From assembly GCF_030028105.1 (NCBI RefSeq), contig NC_092384.1, positions 12,612,316-12,676,315 of the forward strand: a stretch of DNA of 64,000 nucleotides. The letters are read 5' to 3'. Under the pieces are notes generated by a model. The model saw only the letters and a program-made list of their open reading frames with translations. It searched no databases and had not been told where the DNA came from. The DNA comes from Mobula birostris (Eukaryota). A program made the position numbers and the translations under genes. Every line of letters starts with the position of its first letter. Position 1 is the first letter of the stretch. Shown here one piece after another: positions 48,900-62,253 of the stretch.

Positions 48900-51800
48900 C
48901 CATAAGACCATAGGATTATTAGACATAGGAGCTGAATAAGGCCATCTGACCCATCGAGTCTACTCTGTCATTCAATACTTTTTTCTATCTCCTCCTCAAC
49001 CCCAGGTTCCTGGCTTCCTCCCCATAACTTTGATGCCATGTCCAATCAAGAAGCTATCAATACACCCAACGATCTGGTCTCCACAGATGCATTTGACAAC
49101 AAACTCCACAAATTCACCACTCTTTGACTAAAGAAATTTCTCCGTATTTCTGTTTTGAAAGGACGCCCGTCTATTCTGAGGCTGTGCATTCTTGTCCTAG
49201 ACTCTCCCACCATGGGAAACATCCTTTCCACATCTACTCTGTCTAGGACATTCAACATTCAAAAGGTTTCAACAAGACCCTCCCCACCCATCCTTCTCAA
49301 TTCTAGTGAGTGCAGACCAAGAGCTATCAAACGTTCCCGTCTGAAAACCCTTTCCTTCCTGGAATCGTCCTTGTGAACCTCTTCTGGACCGTCCCCAATG
49401 GAAGCACATCATTTCTAAGATGAAGGGCCCAAAACTGTTCACAATAATGAAGGCGAGTCCTCACCAGTGCCTTATAAAGCCTCAGAATCACATCCTTGCT
49501 CTTGTATTTTAAGACCTCTTGAAATCAATGCGAACATGGCCTCTTGCCTTCCTCACCTTGCAGGTTAACCTTCAGGGTGTTCTGCAGAAGGACTCCGACG
49601 TATCCCTGCATCTCAGATTCCTCGATTTTCTCCCTGTTTAGAAAATAGTCCGCTCATTTATTTCTACTACCAACGTGCATGACCATGCATTTTCCAGCAT
49701 AATATTTCATTTGTCACTTTCTTGCCTATTCTCATAATCTGTCTAAGGCCTTCTCTGTCGTACCTGTTTCCTCAACACTACCTGCTGCTCCACCAATCTT
49801 CGTATTATCTGAAAATTTGGCAACAAAGTCATCTATTCCATGAACTAAATAATTTACATACAGCATAAAAAGAAGTGGTCCGCACACCGATCCCTGCGGA
49901 ACACCTCTAGTCACTGGCAGCCATACAGAAAAGAATCCATTTATTCCCACTTGCTGCCTTCTATCAATCAGCCAATGCCCTAACCATGTTAATAGTTTAC
50001 CTGCAATACCATGGGTTCTTAACTTTGTAAACAGCCTCATGTGTGGCACCTTCTGAAAGTCCAAATATACAACATCCACAGCATCCCCTTTATCTATCCT
50101 ACTTGTAATCTCCTCAAAGAATTCCAACAGGTTCGTCAGGCAGGATTTTCCATGAAAGAAACCATGCTGACTTTGCACTACCTTGTCCTGTGTCACCAAG
50201 AACTTCATCACCTCATCCTTAACAATTGATTCTAACATCTTCCCAACTACTGAGGTCAGGCTAGCTGGCCTATAATTTCCTTTCTGCTTCCTTCCTCCGT
50301 TCTTAACAAGTGGATTAACGCTTGAAATTTTCTAGTCCTCTGGTAGCAAGCCACAGTCCAATGATATTTGAAAGATTATTTCTAATGCCTCCTCTTTCAG
50401 AACCCTAGAGTGCGGTTCATCTGGTCCGGGTGAATGATGTACCTTTCGGAGTTTCAACTTTTTGAGCACCTTCTCGCTTGTAACAGTAACATCACCTACT
50501 TCGCTTCCTTCATACACTAAAATATCACGCATACTGTCAGTGTCTTCCACAGTGAAGGCTGATGCAAGCTACTCATTTAGTTCAGCAGCCACCCCCTTGT
50601 CCACCGTTATTATTTCTCCCGCCTCATTTTCTGGCGGTTCTATATCCACTCTCATTTCTTTTTTATTTTCAACATACTTGAAAAAACTTTTACTATCCAC
50701 TTTGATATTATTTGCTAGTTTGCTTTCATATTTCATCTTTTCCATTCCAGTGTTTTTATTAGTTGCTCTCTGTAGATTTTTAAAAACTTCCCAAACCTTT
50801 ATCTTCCCACTAATTTTTTCCTTTGTTGTGTGTCTTTTGTTTTGCTTTTACAATAGCTTTGAATTCCCTTTTCAGCCACAGTTGTACTATTTTACCATTT
50901 GAGTACTCCTTCATTTTTGGAATACACATATCCTTCACCTTCCTTATTTTCCGCAGAAACACATGCCATTGCTTCCCTGCTGACATCTCTGCCAGCAGCT
51001 CCTTCTACTTTTCTATTTCCTGTTGTAACTTCTGGTTCACCTCCCAGCCACTGTTGAGAGGCCTGTATATAACTGCCATCAACGCCCTTTTACCTTTGCA
51101 GTTTCTCATTCCAACCCACAAGGATTCAACATCTTCCGATCCTATGTCACATCTTTCTACTGATTTGATGCCATTCTTTTCCAGTGGAGCCAGACCACCC
51201 GCTCTGTATACCTTCCTATCCCTCCGATATAATGTGTAACCTTGGACATCCAGCTTCCAATTACAACCATGCTTCAGCCAAGATTAAGTGATGGCCACAA
51301 CATGATGCCTGGCAATCTGTAATATTGCAATAAGATCATCCAGCTTATTTCTTATGCTACGTGCATTTAGATACAACACCTTGAGTACCATATTTACAAT
51401 CCTTTCTGGTTCTGTATCGCTAATGATTTGATTCTTGGCCTTTTGGCTGCAACTAAGTCCCATCACCTGTCTGCCCTACCGACAATCTGACTGCACGCTA
51501 TTTTCACTTTTTTGCCATTTTTACTTTCCCGAATCACAAGATCACAAGACAAGACAAAGGAGCAGAAGTAGGCCATTCGGCCCATCGAGCCTGCTCCGCA
51601 GCTCACTCATGAGCTAAACTATTCACCCATCTAGTTCCAATTTTGGCTTTTTCCCCATATCCCTTGATACCCTGACTAATTAGATAACTGTCAATCTCTT
51701 CCTTAAACACCCTTAATGATCGAGCCTCCACAGCTGTATGTGGCAACGAATTCCACAAATCCACGACCTAAAAAAATTTCACCTCATCTCTGTTTTAACC

Positions 51801-52070
51801 TGGTACCCTCTATTTCTAAGACTATGGACTCTTGTCCTGGACTCACCCACTAAGGGAAACAACCTTTCCACATCTTCTCTGTCCAACCCTTTCAACATTG
51901 GAGATGTTTCTATGAGATCCCCTCTCATTCTTCTATACTCTAACGAGTACAATCCAAGAGCCGACAAAAGCTCCTCATATGTTAGCCCCTCCAAGAGCCG
52001 ACAAATGCTCCTCATATGTTAGCCCCTCCAAGAGCCGACAAGCGCTCCTCATATGTTAGCCCCAGAATCC
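48900..52070 (-). mobile_element. Two CR1 fragments of other subfamilies
   Basis: QHGFFHGKSCLTNLLEFFEE..PQGSVCGPLLF and VLYLNARSIRNKLDDL; a second 3' end at about 51535-52063. Confidence 0.85.
51954..52063. repeat. 37-bp unit repeated three times at a CR1 truncation point
   Basis: ccaagagccgacaaaagctcctcatatgttagcccct starts at 51954, 51991 and 52028. Confidence 0.92.
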
Positions 52071-52539
52071 CTTCACTCCGGTTCCCAACTCCCTGCCAGG
52101 TTAGTTTAAACCCTCCCCAGCAGTTCTAACAAACGTGCCTGCAAGAATGTTGATCTCCTCCTATGATCTAGTCTCCTCTCTATCAGATTCCTTTCACTTA
52201 AGCCATTCTTTATCTTCCCTACCACTCCGGTTTCAGCAATCACCTTTTAACCATCCTCCTTCCTCTTCCTCTACCTTTTTATTCTGGCGTCTTACCCCTT
52301 CCTTTCCAGTATTGAAGACAGGTCTCGTCCGAAGCGCCTACTGCCATCGATGATGATTCCTGATTTGCTAGTTCCTGCAATATTTTGTATGTGTCGCTTT
52401 GGATTTCCAGCATCTTCAGACTTTCTCGTGGCTATGCTTCGTTGAAAAAATTTCAGGACTTTGGTGAGGCCTTATGTGGACCATTGTGTGCATTTTTTGG
52501 TCACCTACCTACAGTAAACATGTATTTAAGATCGAAAGA

Positions 52540-53900
52540 GAAGACAGAAAATTTACGAGATTGTTGCCAGGACTGCAGGATCTGATTTATAAGGAAACAC
52601 TTAATAGGTTACGACATTAATGCTGGGAACATAGACGATTGAGTGGAGATTAGAAAGAGGTATACAAAATTATGAGGGCTATAAATAGAGTTAATGCAGG
52701 TAGGCTTTTTCCACTCAAGTTGGGTGGAACTACAACCAGAGGTCATGGGTTAAGGTTGAAAGTAAGTTGTTTAGGCAAATTAAGAGTCTTCGCTCAGAGG
52801 GTTTGGAAGGCGTGGAAGTGCTGGAAGCACAATGCTGCAAGCGAGCTCGATTTCAACGTTCAAGAGAAGTTTGGATATGTACATCGATATGAGTGGTATG
52901 GTGGGCAGGGGGAATATGGTTCAAGTGTAGGTCGTTTGGACTAGGTAGTTTAAATGGTTCTGCACAGATTGGCCGGACCGAACGGCCTCTTTCTGTGATG
53001 TAGTATTCTATGATTCCATGGCTATGAAACCAAGAGCATAACTAAAAACAGGGTAGGACAACGCAGGTAAGAAGTGAGAAAATTAGGGCCAGAGTGAGGG
53101 AATGTGGGCAAATATTTGCAGAAGTAGATAGGCGGCCCTGTTCCACAGGGATCGGTGCTGGATCTGCTACATTTCATGTTATATGTTAATTATATGGATG
53201 ACGAAATTTATGGCTTGAGGCTAAGTGTTCCGAATGATACAAAGATACGTGGAGGGGCAGGTATCGTTGAGGAAACACGAAGTCTGCAGAAGCTGGTGGA
53301 TCGATGAGCAATATGGGCAAAGTGTTGCAGATAGAATACAGTGTAGGGAAGTGCATGGTCATGAACTTTATTAGAAGGAGTAAAGGCATAGACTATTTTC
53401 TAAACAGGGAGCTAATTTAGAAATCAGGAGTGCAAAAAAAAACAAGACTTGGGGTCCTAGTGCAGGTTAAGGGGCGTGTTGAGCTGCTGGAAGTAAAGGC
53501 TAATGTAATGTTGGCATTCACTTCACGAAGCCTAGAATATAAAAGGGATAACGGAATACTGAGGCTAACAGGGTATTGGTCGGGTCACAGTTGGATCAGT
53601 TTTCGGATCAATATCTAACAAAGAATGTGCTGACTTTGGAGAGGGCCGATAATAAGCTTACGAGAATGATCATGGGAATGCAAGGATGATCTCATGTGTT
53701 TGTACTCGCTGAAGTTTTGAAGAATGCGGGGTGGGGGTGGGCGTGCAATCACACATTTCATCCTACAGAATATTGAAAATGCCTATATAGAGTGGACGTC
53801 CAGAGTATGCATCCAATCGTGGGAGAGTTTACTCATAATAGAAGGACGTCCCCTTGGAACAGAAGAGGATGGATCTCTTTAGCCAGATGGTATCAATAGT
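52540..53900 (+). mobile_element. Old degenerate CR1 RT/3' fragments
   Basis: RAINRVNAGRLFPLKLG and LEVKANVMLAFTSRSLEYK. Confidence 0.65.
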
Positions 53901-54309
53901 CCAGATCTAAGCCCGAAAGTGGATCTTAACTCCAGAAGTCAATGTTCAATGGAGAGAGATGGAGTCTGCAAATCTCTGTGTATCCCCTGCGGAAGTCACA
54001 GGGGAATATGTCGAGCACAGGAGACTGCTGGACGCCGAGGCCGAAGATGCCCTGATCAGGGATTAGAAGACTGTGTGTGCCCGTGGGTGTATGTGTGAGA
54101 GGGAGAAAGGAATGATACTTCTTTAAAAGTCGTTGATTTGTCGCTTGTTATGTTCTGCTTTGATGTGTTTTGTATTTTAATGCGGAGAAAGGTGGGCAAA
54201 GTGGCGCTGGAATGTGAGGCGACTGCGAGTTGCACCAAGCATATTCTTGGGTGTGTTGGTTATTAACGACGGCGGCACATTTCACAGCATGTTCCGATGT
54301 ACAGTCAAT

Positions 54310-57300
54310 ATATTCACGGTATTTCTATATCAGACCAATACGTAATTGCATTTGTCACGTTATTCGCTCGAAGGGCTATTCTATTAAAATGGAAAGATGC
54401 CTCTGCTCTCACTTTGATACAATGGTTCTCTCAGGTGATGTTATGTCTTTTAATACTACACAATGGTGTTTTAATTCCAATTTACTTCAAGACTCAGATT
54501 TTGTAAAATTTATTAAGGATCAGATTGACTTTTTTTTTGAACTAATACTACGGACGAAATTCCCAGTGGGGTTATATGGGACACACTTAAAGCTTATATC
54601 CGTGGTCAGATCATTTCCTACTCGGCTGGATTGAAAAAAACGCACTAAGAATGAAATACTTGTGTTGGTTGATAAGATTAAAGACATTGATAAACAATAT
54701 GCCACTGCTCCTAATAAGCAGCTTTACTAACAGAGAGTTGAACTTCAAATGGAGCATAGTTTACTCTTAACATCGTCAATAGAAAATCAACTAATGAATA
54801 CAAGAAGTGAGTTTTATATACATAGTGATAAATCTGGTAAATTATTAACCAATCAATTAAAACAGCTTCGGTTAAACGTCAAATTACTAAGATTCGTAAA
54901 CCTAATGATACTTTAACAGTTGATCATGATGAGATTAATAACTCTTTTCAAGAATTTTATACATCTTTATATCAGTCAGAATTTTCTCATGATCCTAGGG
55001 AGATGCATGACTTTTTAAGGAAATTGAACTTTCCGAAATTAACACCCGAAGAACGTTTAAAGTTAAAAACACCTATTATGGACGAAGAAATAATGGGTGC
55101 TATTTCTTCAATGAATTCTGGCAAATCACCCGGCCCAGATGGCTATACAGCAGAATTTATAGTTTTTTTCTTCTATTCTTTCTCCCCAGTTGTACAGAGT
55201 TTGTAGAGGTGCAATTATTATAGGCAAACTACCCCAATCATTTTATGGAGCCTCTATTTTCTTTACTTAAAAAAATAAGGATCCTACTGAATGTGCATCA
55301 TATAGACCGATATCCTTATTGAATGTTGATTCAAAATTTTTTCTAAAATATTAGCATCTAGGTTAGAAAAAGTATTAACTCAAATTATTTCTGCGGATCA
55401 AACTGGATTTATTAAAAATCGTTATTCATCTTTTAATATTAGGAGATTAATTAATATTATTTATACTCCTTCACTGAGAACTTCAGAATGTGTTATTTCA
55501 TGAGATGCTGAGAAAGCTTTTTACAGAGTTGAATGGCCATATTTATTTAATAAGCTTGAGAAGTTTAATTTTAGCCCGATATTTATATCCTGGATTAAAC
55601 TGATATATCATACTCCTTTAGCTTCGGTTTTGACTAATAATCAAAGATCTCCGTTTTTCGATTATTTCGTGGCACTAGGCAGGGTTGTCCTTTAAGTCCT
55701 TTATTATTTGATATTGCTTTAGAACCTTTAGCAATTGCTATTCGAGATTCACCAAATATCTTTGGTATTACTCGTGAGAAAGAGATACTGTACATAAGTT
55801 ACCATTATATGCAGATGATTTACTATTATATATTTCTGACCCAGAAAAATCCATTCCTGCAACTCTATCCTTGTGGAATAAGTTTAGTAAATTTTCTGGT
55901 TACAAACTGAATCTTAATAAGAGTGAACTTTTTTCTGTTAAATATGATGGTTCCAAACTATAAATGTTTACCATTTAGATTAGTTACTGATCATTTTACC
56001 TATTTAGGAGTCAAAATTACTAAGAAGCCTAAGGGTTTATTGAAGGTTAATTTTTTACTGTTACTTGATCAGATTAAATGTTTGATTACTAAATGGTCAC
56101 CAATGTTCTTGTCATTAATTGGTTGGATCAACGTTGTTAAAATGATTATTTTACCTAAGTTTCTATATTTATTTCAAGCACTGCCAATTTTTATTCCGAA
56201 ATCTTTTTTTGATAATGTTGATTCAAAGATTTCCTCATACTTATGACAGAATAAAAATCCTAGACTTGGTAAAAGATATTTACAGAAGCCCAAAAAGGAT
56301 GGTAGCTTAGCATTGCCAAACCTTAGATTCTACTATTGGGCGATTAATATTCGTTATTTAAAATTTTGGACATGGAATTGGGATACAGTTCCAGGTCCGC
56401 AATGGGTTAATCTTGAATGTAATTCTGTTTCAGGATTTTCATTGGGTTCTATTTTAGGGACCCCACTTCCTTTTCCCTTTTCTAAACTGGACAAACAAAT
56501 GAATAACCCAATAGTTAAATATACCCTTCGAATATGGTTTCAGTTTCGAAATTTTTTTGGATTGAATCAATTTATTTTAGCAAGCCCTATTGTATCCAAC
56601 TTTCTCTTTCATCCCTCTTTTTTGGATCAAGCCTATCTAGTCTGGAAAACAAAAGGTATAATACGTTTTTCTGATTTATTTTTAGACAATTGTTTTATGT
56701 CTTTTGAACAATTATCTAATAAATATAATTTACCTAGATCATATATTTTAGATATTTACAGATTAGAAATTTTTAAAATACTGTTCTTGCTATCTTTCTG
56801 ATTTCATAGTCTACTGATATAGTGGGAAAAAAATTGGATTTAAACCTTTTTCAGAAAGGTTCAATAGCAATTATTTATAATATGATAAGGATGATTGGGA
56901 ATGGGATCTTAAGCTTACCTTACCTACTGAGAAATGGCAAAAAATTTTCCAACTAGTTAACTCTTCCTCTGTATGTGCTAAACATTAGCTCGTTGTTACT
57001 CTCATATAAGCCCTGTATGTGATGTCATTCTGAAATAACCTCATTAACTCATATGCTTTGGTCTTGCCCTTTATTGAGGGAATATTGGGACGATATTTTT
57101 GTTATTATTTCAACTGTCTTGAATATTGATTTACAACCTCATCATATTACTACCATCCTTGGTTTACCAATGATAGGAAAACATCATTTGACCTCTTCAG
57201 CTTGTCGGATGATTGCTTATGTTACTCTAATGGCTAGAAGATTTATACTATTGAATGGGAAAAGAGATTAATCCTCCTACTGCATTTCATTGGTTTTCTC

Positions 57301-57797
57301 AAACTATGTATTGTTTAAATCTAGAAGAAATTAAAAGTGTCATTTATGACCCATCTATTAAATTTGATGAGACTTGGAGAGTATTTCCACATGATGTAAT
57401 TTGACCCTTTCCAAATCTATTTTGTGAATTCAGTATACGGGGAGAGGAGCGGAAGTGGCGACACTATTGGTTCTATCTATGGTATCATAATAGCCCTTTC
57501 TTTTTCTTTTTATTAGTTGTCTTTTAATTTGGGTAGATTAGTTTTTTTTCTAATGGGGTATATATATTTTTCTTCTTCTGTTTTTTTTACGATGCTTTTG
57601 TATTTTATGTATATCTTTTATATATTTTATTGCTAATTTGTGTGATTTTGGGAGGTTTACTAACTATGTGTTACTTGACTGTACTGTATACTCTTATAAT
57701 ATAATAATTATTAATTAATACAATCCCAATCGCTCTGCATTTATTTTTTTGTAATGTATATGATGTTCAAACTAATAAAAACATTGAAAAAGAAAGA
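54310..57797 (+). mobile_element. L1/Tx1-clade LINE ORF2, AT-rich, many stops and frameshifts, with 3'UTR and A-rich tail
   Basis: [63 protein letters not shown]; aataaaaacattgaaaaagaaagaa at the end. Confidence 0.9.
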
Positions 57798-57799
57798 AT

Positions 57800-58480
57800 G
57801 GTCCAATAGGTGTTACACAACACCTCAAAAGTTTTTTTTTCTCCTCTCTGCCGCAATAATAAGAACACAATTATAAAAAAACATAATAAATATAAATGCA
57901 TGATACCTCATATACACCGGCTGATCGTATGTCCATAAAGTAACGATAGGCAGACGAGTGTCTGTACATGAGGTGACTCTTGCAGGAAACGATAAAATAG
58001 TGGTGGAGGGGACTGTGAAAGGGACTTGAGTGAAAAGAGGTGCTGATCAGCCTTACCGCTGGGGAACCTAATTGATTTTGATTCTGGTGAGATTGGTGTG
58101 GATGCTACGCAGCCTGCTTCCCGACGGGAATGGGACAAACAGTGCACGAGTAGGGTGGTTGCGATCCTTCATGATGTTGGTCCTTTTCCAACACCTTTCG
58201 GAAATTGATGGCGGGTAGGCGTGTACTGATGATGCATTGGGTAGTTTTGACTACCCGTTGTAGAGCCTCCCTGTCTCCTGCAGAGCAGGTTCTATACCGT
58301 GTAGTGGTGCAGAATGTTAGTATGTTCTCTACTGCGCATCTATAGAAGGACACCAGTGTAGATGTGCAGAGCTCAGCTATCTTCAACTTCCTCAGCATTC
58401 TTAGGTGGGCGGGTGAATAGTGCACGTAGGTAGCAATAACATAGGTAGGAAGAGTGATGAAGTTATGCAAAATGAATTCA
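57800..58480 (-). mobile_element. L2 3' fragment
   Basis: FYRCAVENILTFCTTTRYRTC. Confidence 0.7.
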
Positions 58481-59560
58481 GGGAGATAAGTGTTAAGTTA
58501 AAGCCATCCATGGTCTAGATGTCAGGATTGCTAACCGTGCCACTTGCTAGTGAGATTCGACGTAGGAAGTTTATACAGTTTAACACGTACTTAAGGAGTT
58601 GATGTAGAAGGGAGGGCATAAGAATTTTGGGTTATTAGGCTTAATTCTAGGGAAGCTGGGACCTGTACAGAAGAGACGGTTTTCACCTGAACTTGCGGGT
58701 GGGTGGAGGTGCGGATAATATCCTAGCGAGAAGGGGTTGAGGGAGGCGAGGATGTGGGTTAAACTAGAGTTGCAGTGGGATGGGAACCAGAGTGCCAGAA
58801 CATATAGTGGAGAGCTTGTGAAGATAGTTGTTAAGACCTCAGAAAAAGTCCGGAATCAAAGATTTAAGCATGGTACGGCTGATGTCCTAAGCTACTATAT
58901 TTCAATGAAAGAAGTATCGTAGGAAAGGCATTTAAGCGCAGTGAACACATCGAATTATGATATTGCAGCCATTAGTGCGACTTGTTTGCAGGAGTGGCAG
59001 GGCTGGCAGCACAGTATTCTGGGATTCCATTTGACGTGTCAGAGTGAGAGGAATTAAAGGAGGAGGGGTGGCGTTACTAGTTAGGGAAAATATCACGGCA
59101 GTGTTCAGTCTGGACAGAGTGGAAAACTCTTCTAGTGAGGCGTTATGGGTGGAACTGAGAAATAAGAAGTGTGTGGCCACGTTAATAGGGCTATATTACA
59201 GACTGCTCAACATTCCGGGTGATATAAAAGGAAAAAAAATGTACAGAGATTGCAGAATGTTGCAAAAAATAAGGTTGTTGAAGCATGTGATTTTAGCATT
59301 CCTCATACTGACTGGAACTTCCATACTGTAAAAAAGAAATAGATTGGATAGAGATTGTCGAATGTATTCAGGAAAGTTTCCTTAATCAGTACACAGTGGC
59401 CCCAATGACAGAGTGTGTGATACCTGTTCTGGTATTACGGAATGAGACTGGGTAGGCGACAGACGTTTGTGTAGGGGAACATTTTGCATCTATTAATCAC
59501 AATGCATTAGTTTCAAAGTAAATATTCAACAAGATAGGTATGGCCTGATCTCTCCTGTGC
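58480..59560 (+). mobile_element. Degenerate CR1 ORF1 end and endonuclease
   Basis: GGGVALLVRENITA..SEALWVELRNKK. Confidence 0.75.
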
Positions 59561-59584
59561 AGGTCTAACCTTCTCAGGAAGATT

Positions 59585-60690
59585 TAGAATCAGAATCAGA
59601 ATCAGATTTATTATCACCGGCATGTGACGTGAAATGTGTTAATTTAGCAGCCGCAGTTCAATACAATGCATAATCTAGCAGAGAAAGAAAAAATAATAAA
59701 TAAAATAAAACAATAATAAATAAACAAGTATATCAATTACGTATACTGTATTTTTTTAAATGTGCAAAAACAGAAATATTGTATATTTAAAAAATGGGGT
59801 AGTGTCAAAAGCTTCAATGTCCTTTTAGGAATCGGATGGCAGAGGGGAAGATGCTGTTCCTGAGTCACTGAGTGTGTGCCTTCAGGCATCTGTATCTCCT
59901 AACTGATGGTAATAGTGAGAAAAGGGCATGCTCTGGGTGCTGGAGGTCCTTAATAATGGACGCTGCCTTCCTGAGACACCGCTCCCTAAAGATGTCCTGG
60001 GTACTTTGTAGGCTAGTGCCCAAGATGGAGCTGACTAGATTTACTGCAGCTTCTTTTGGTCCCGTGCAGTAGCCCCTCCATACCAAACAGTGAAGTAGCC
60101 TATCAGAATGCTCGCCACTGTACAACTATAGAAGTTTTTTTTAGTGTATTTATTACCATGTCAAATCTTTTCAAACCCCTAATAAAGTATAGCCGCTGTC
60201 TTGCCTTCTTTAGACTACATCGATATGTGGGGACCAGGTTAGATCCTCAGAGATCTTGACACCGAGGAACTTGAAGCTGCTCACTCTTTCCATTTCTGAT
60301 TCCTCTATGAGGATTGGTATGTGCTCCTTCGGCTTACCCTTCCTGAAGTCCACAATCAGCTCTTTCATCTGACGTTGAGTGCCAGGTTGTTGCTGTGACA
60401 CCATTCCACTAGTTGGCATATCTCACTCCTGTACATACTCTCGTCACCACCTGAGATTCTAACAACAATGGTTGCATCGCCTGCAAATTTGTAGATGGTA
60501 TTTGAGCTACACCTAGCCACACAGTCATGTGTATACAGAGAGTAGATCAGAGGGCTAAGCACACACCCCTGAGGTGCGCCAGTGTTGATCGTCAGCGAGG
60601 AGGATATGTTATCACCAATCCGCACATACTATGGTCTTCCAGTTAGGAAGTCAGGGATGCAATTGCAGCGGGAAATACAGATCCAATGAT
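59585..60690 (-). mobile_element. L2-clade LINE RT 3' fragment
   Basis: TGAPQGCVLSPLIYSLYTHDC..KFAGD and FKFLGVKISEDLTW; (attctg)n tail. Confidence 0.88.
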
Positions 60691-60834
60691 CTAAAAATCC
60701 TATGCCCTCCCTCTTACACCAACTCCTTAGCCACTGTATAGCTTCCTATTTGTGGCATCAGTAGCACGGGGCACGGGTAGCAATCGTGAGATCGCAGCCC
60801 TGGAGGTCCTGCCCTTTACCCTACACCCCAGCGG

Positions 60835-62253
60835 GGAAGCATGAAGACTCTGCGATTTCCTGTAGGGATCTCTCTGCACTTTGATTTCTTGAAGTTAGTG
60901 CTTAAAACATCGAGGATCTGCACCATCTTACGACCACTACAATCAACATCCTACATTATTAAGCCCTGTCCAAATGCCTCCTAATCGTATAACTGCTTCA
61001 GATTACACCAGCCCCATCCGTTTTGAGTTCCTCTCAAATCTCGCCCAAATGCTTTTGAAAATTCCTCCCCTTTTTCCAAACATACGACGGCTTGCTTCTG
61101 ATTTTCCTACCACGTTGCAACTATTAAGTCTTTCCAGGCTTCGACACATAGGTCAATCTTAACCTCATTGGTTCGGAGGAAGAAGCTCAGGCGATACCAT
61201 CCTTGTTCATAACCAAAATCCACCCAATCCAAGAAAACGGCTTGCTGAGTCTTCCCCGCCCCTGCTGGCATAATACATCCTTCCTATATCATAAACAGCA
61301 GACTGACTCGATTAACGCAAATACTGTTTAACCAATCTGAAGCAAAAATTCCCGTATAACATTGCAACTTCTATATTTTATCTGCTAACCCATGAAAGTA
61401 AGCACTTTGCAACATTTTTTGTTGCCGTTTTACAGGAACATGAATCCCAAACAGCATCCCGTAGCATCCCAGCATTTATTATGATTCCCGCACCTTGACG
61501 ACTTCCCAGATACTTACATGCCACTTGCTCTTTAAAACCCCAATTTACAATTATCCTACCTCTGTAATCTAATCACTGACTGCTTAATTTACTGTTTAAC
61601 ATTCCCAAAGAAATATAGAATAAATGTAAAGAATTTAAGAGGCAGTGTGTAATACAATGCCTGTCAGCTACTCGACATTGTGTACTGGAGCATGGAAAAT
61701 TCAAAGTTGAACCACACACTCATCCAATAAATGACATACTGTAATTTGCAATTGCCATGGTGCTGCAATCCGGCGAAATTGAAAACGATATATTCCTTTC
61801 AGGCACTTCTGTCCAGGATATTTTATTATAAAGCAGCTTACTTTCTCATTTTCAGATAATTAAACTGTAGTTTACTCGTCACTATCCGAGTGAAACAAAT
61901 CTAGAGTTTCTTCGTGTTACCCTCTCTCGAGGTGATTTGGTTAAATCTCTGGACTCCAAAAAAATACAATATGAATATTTCAAGTCGCGTTATTATCGCT
62001 GAGTTCGTGAAACACAGCAAATGCCGTCGTCTAATTTGAATCTGGATCGTGAATTACAAGCTGATATAGTTAATAATAATAATAATAATAATAACAACAA
62101 CAACATTTCTTCAAATTTTACCATCTTAATTAATGGACCCGAGGTTAATTTAATGAAAATCATTTAACATTTTTCCCATTTTCTGTTCCGTAGCTGCTCC
62201 AACTCCATTGGATATTTTCGCAACAAATACTACAGCTGCAACTTTCATTCTCG
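60835..62253 (+). pseudogene. Receptor copy 3: intron-2 homolog plus the first 20 codons of a C1 exon (62194-62253), interrupted by an LTR element
   Basis: Colinear with introns 2 of copies 1 and 2; ttccgtag/ AAPTPLDIFATNTTAATFILV stops just before the B-strand Cys; no leader or V exon found upstream. Confidence 0.82.
62071..62105. repeat. (TAA)n(CAA)n microsatellite specific to copy 3
   Basis: Read directly; copy 1 has only attaaaaacatttc at this site. Confidence 0.9.
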
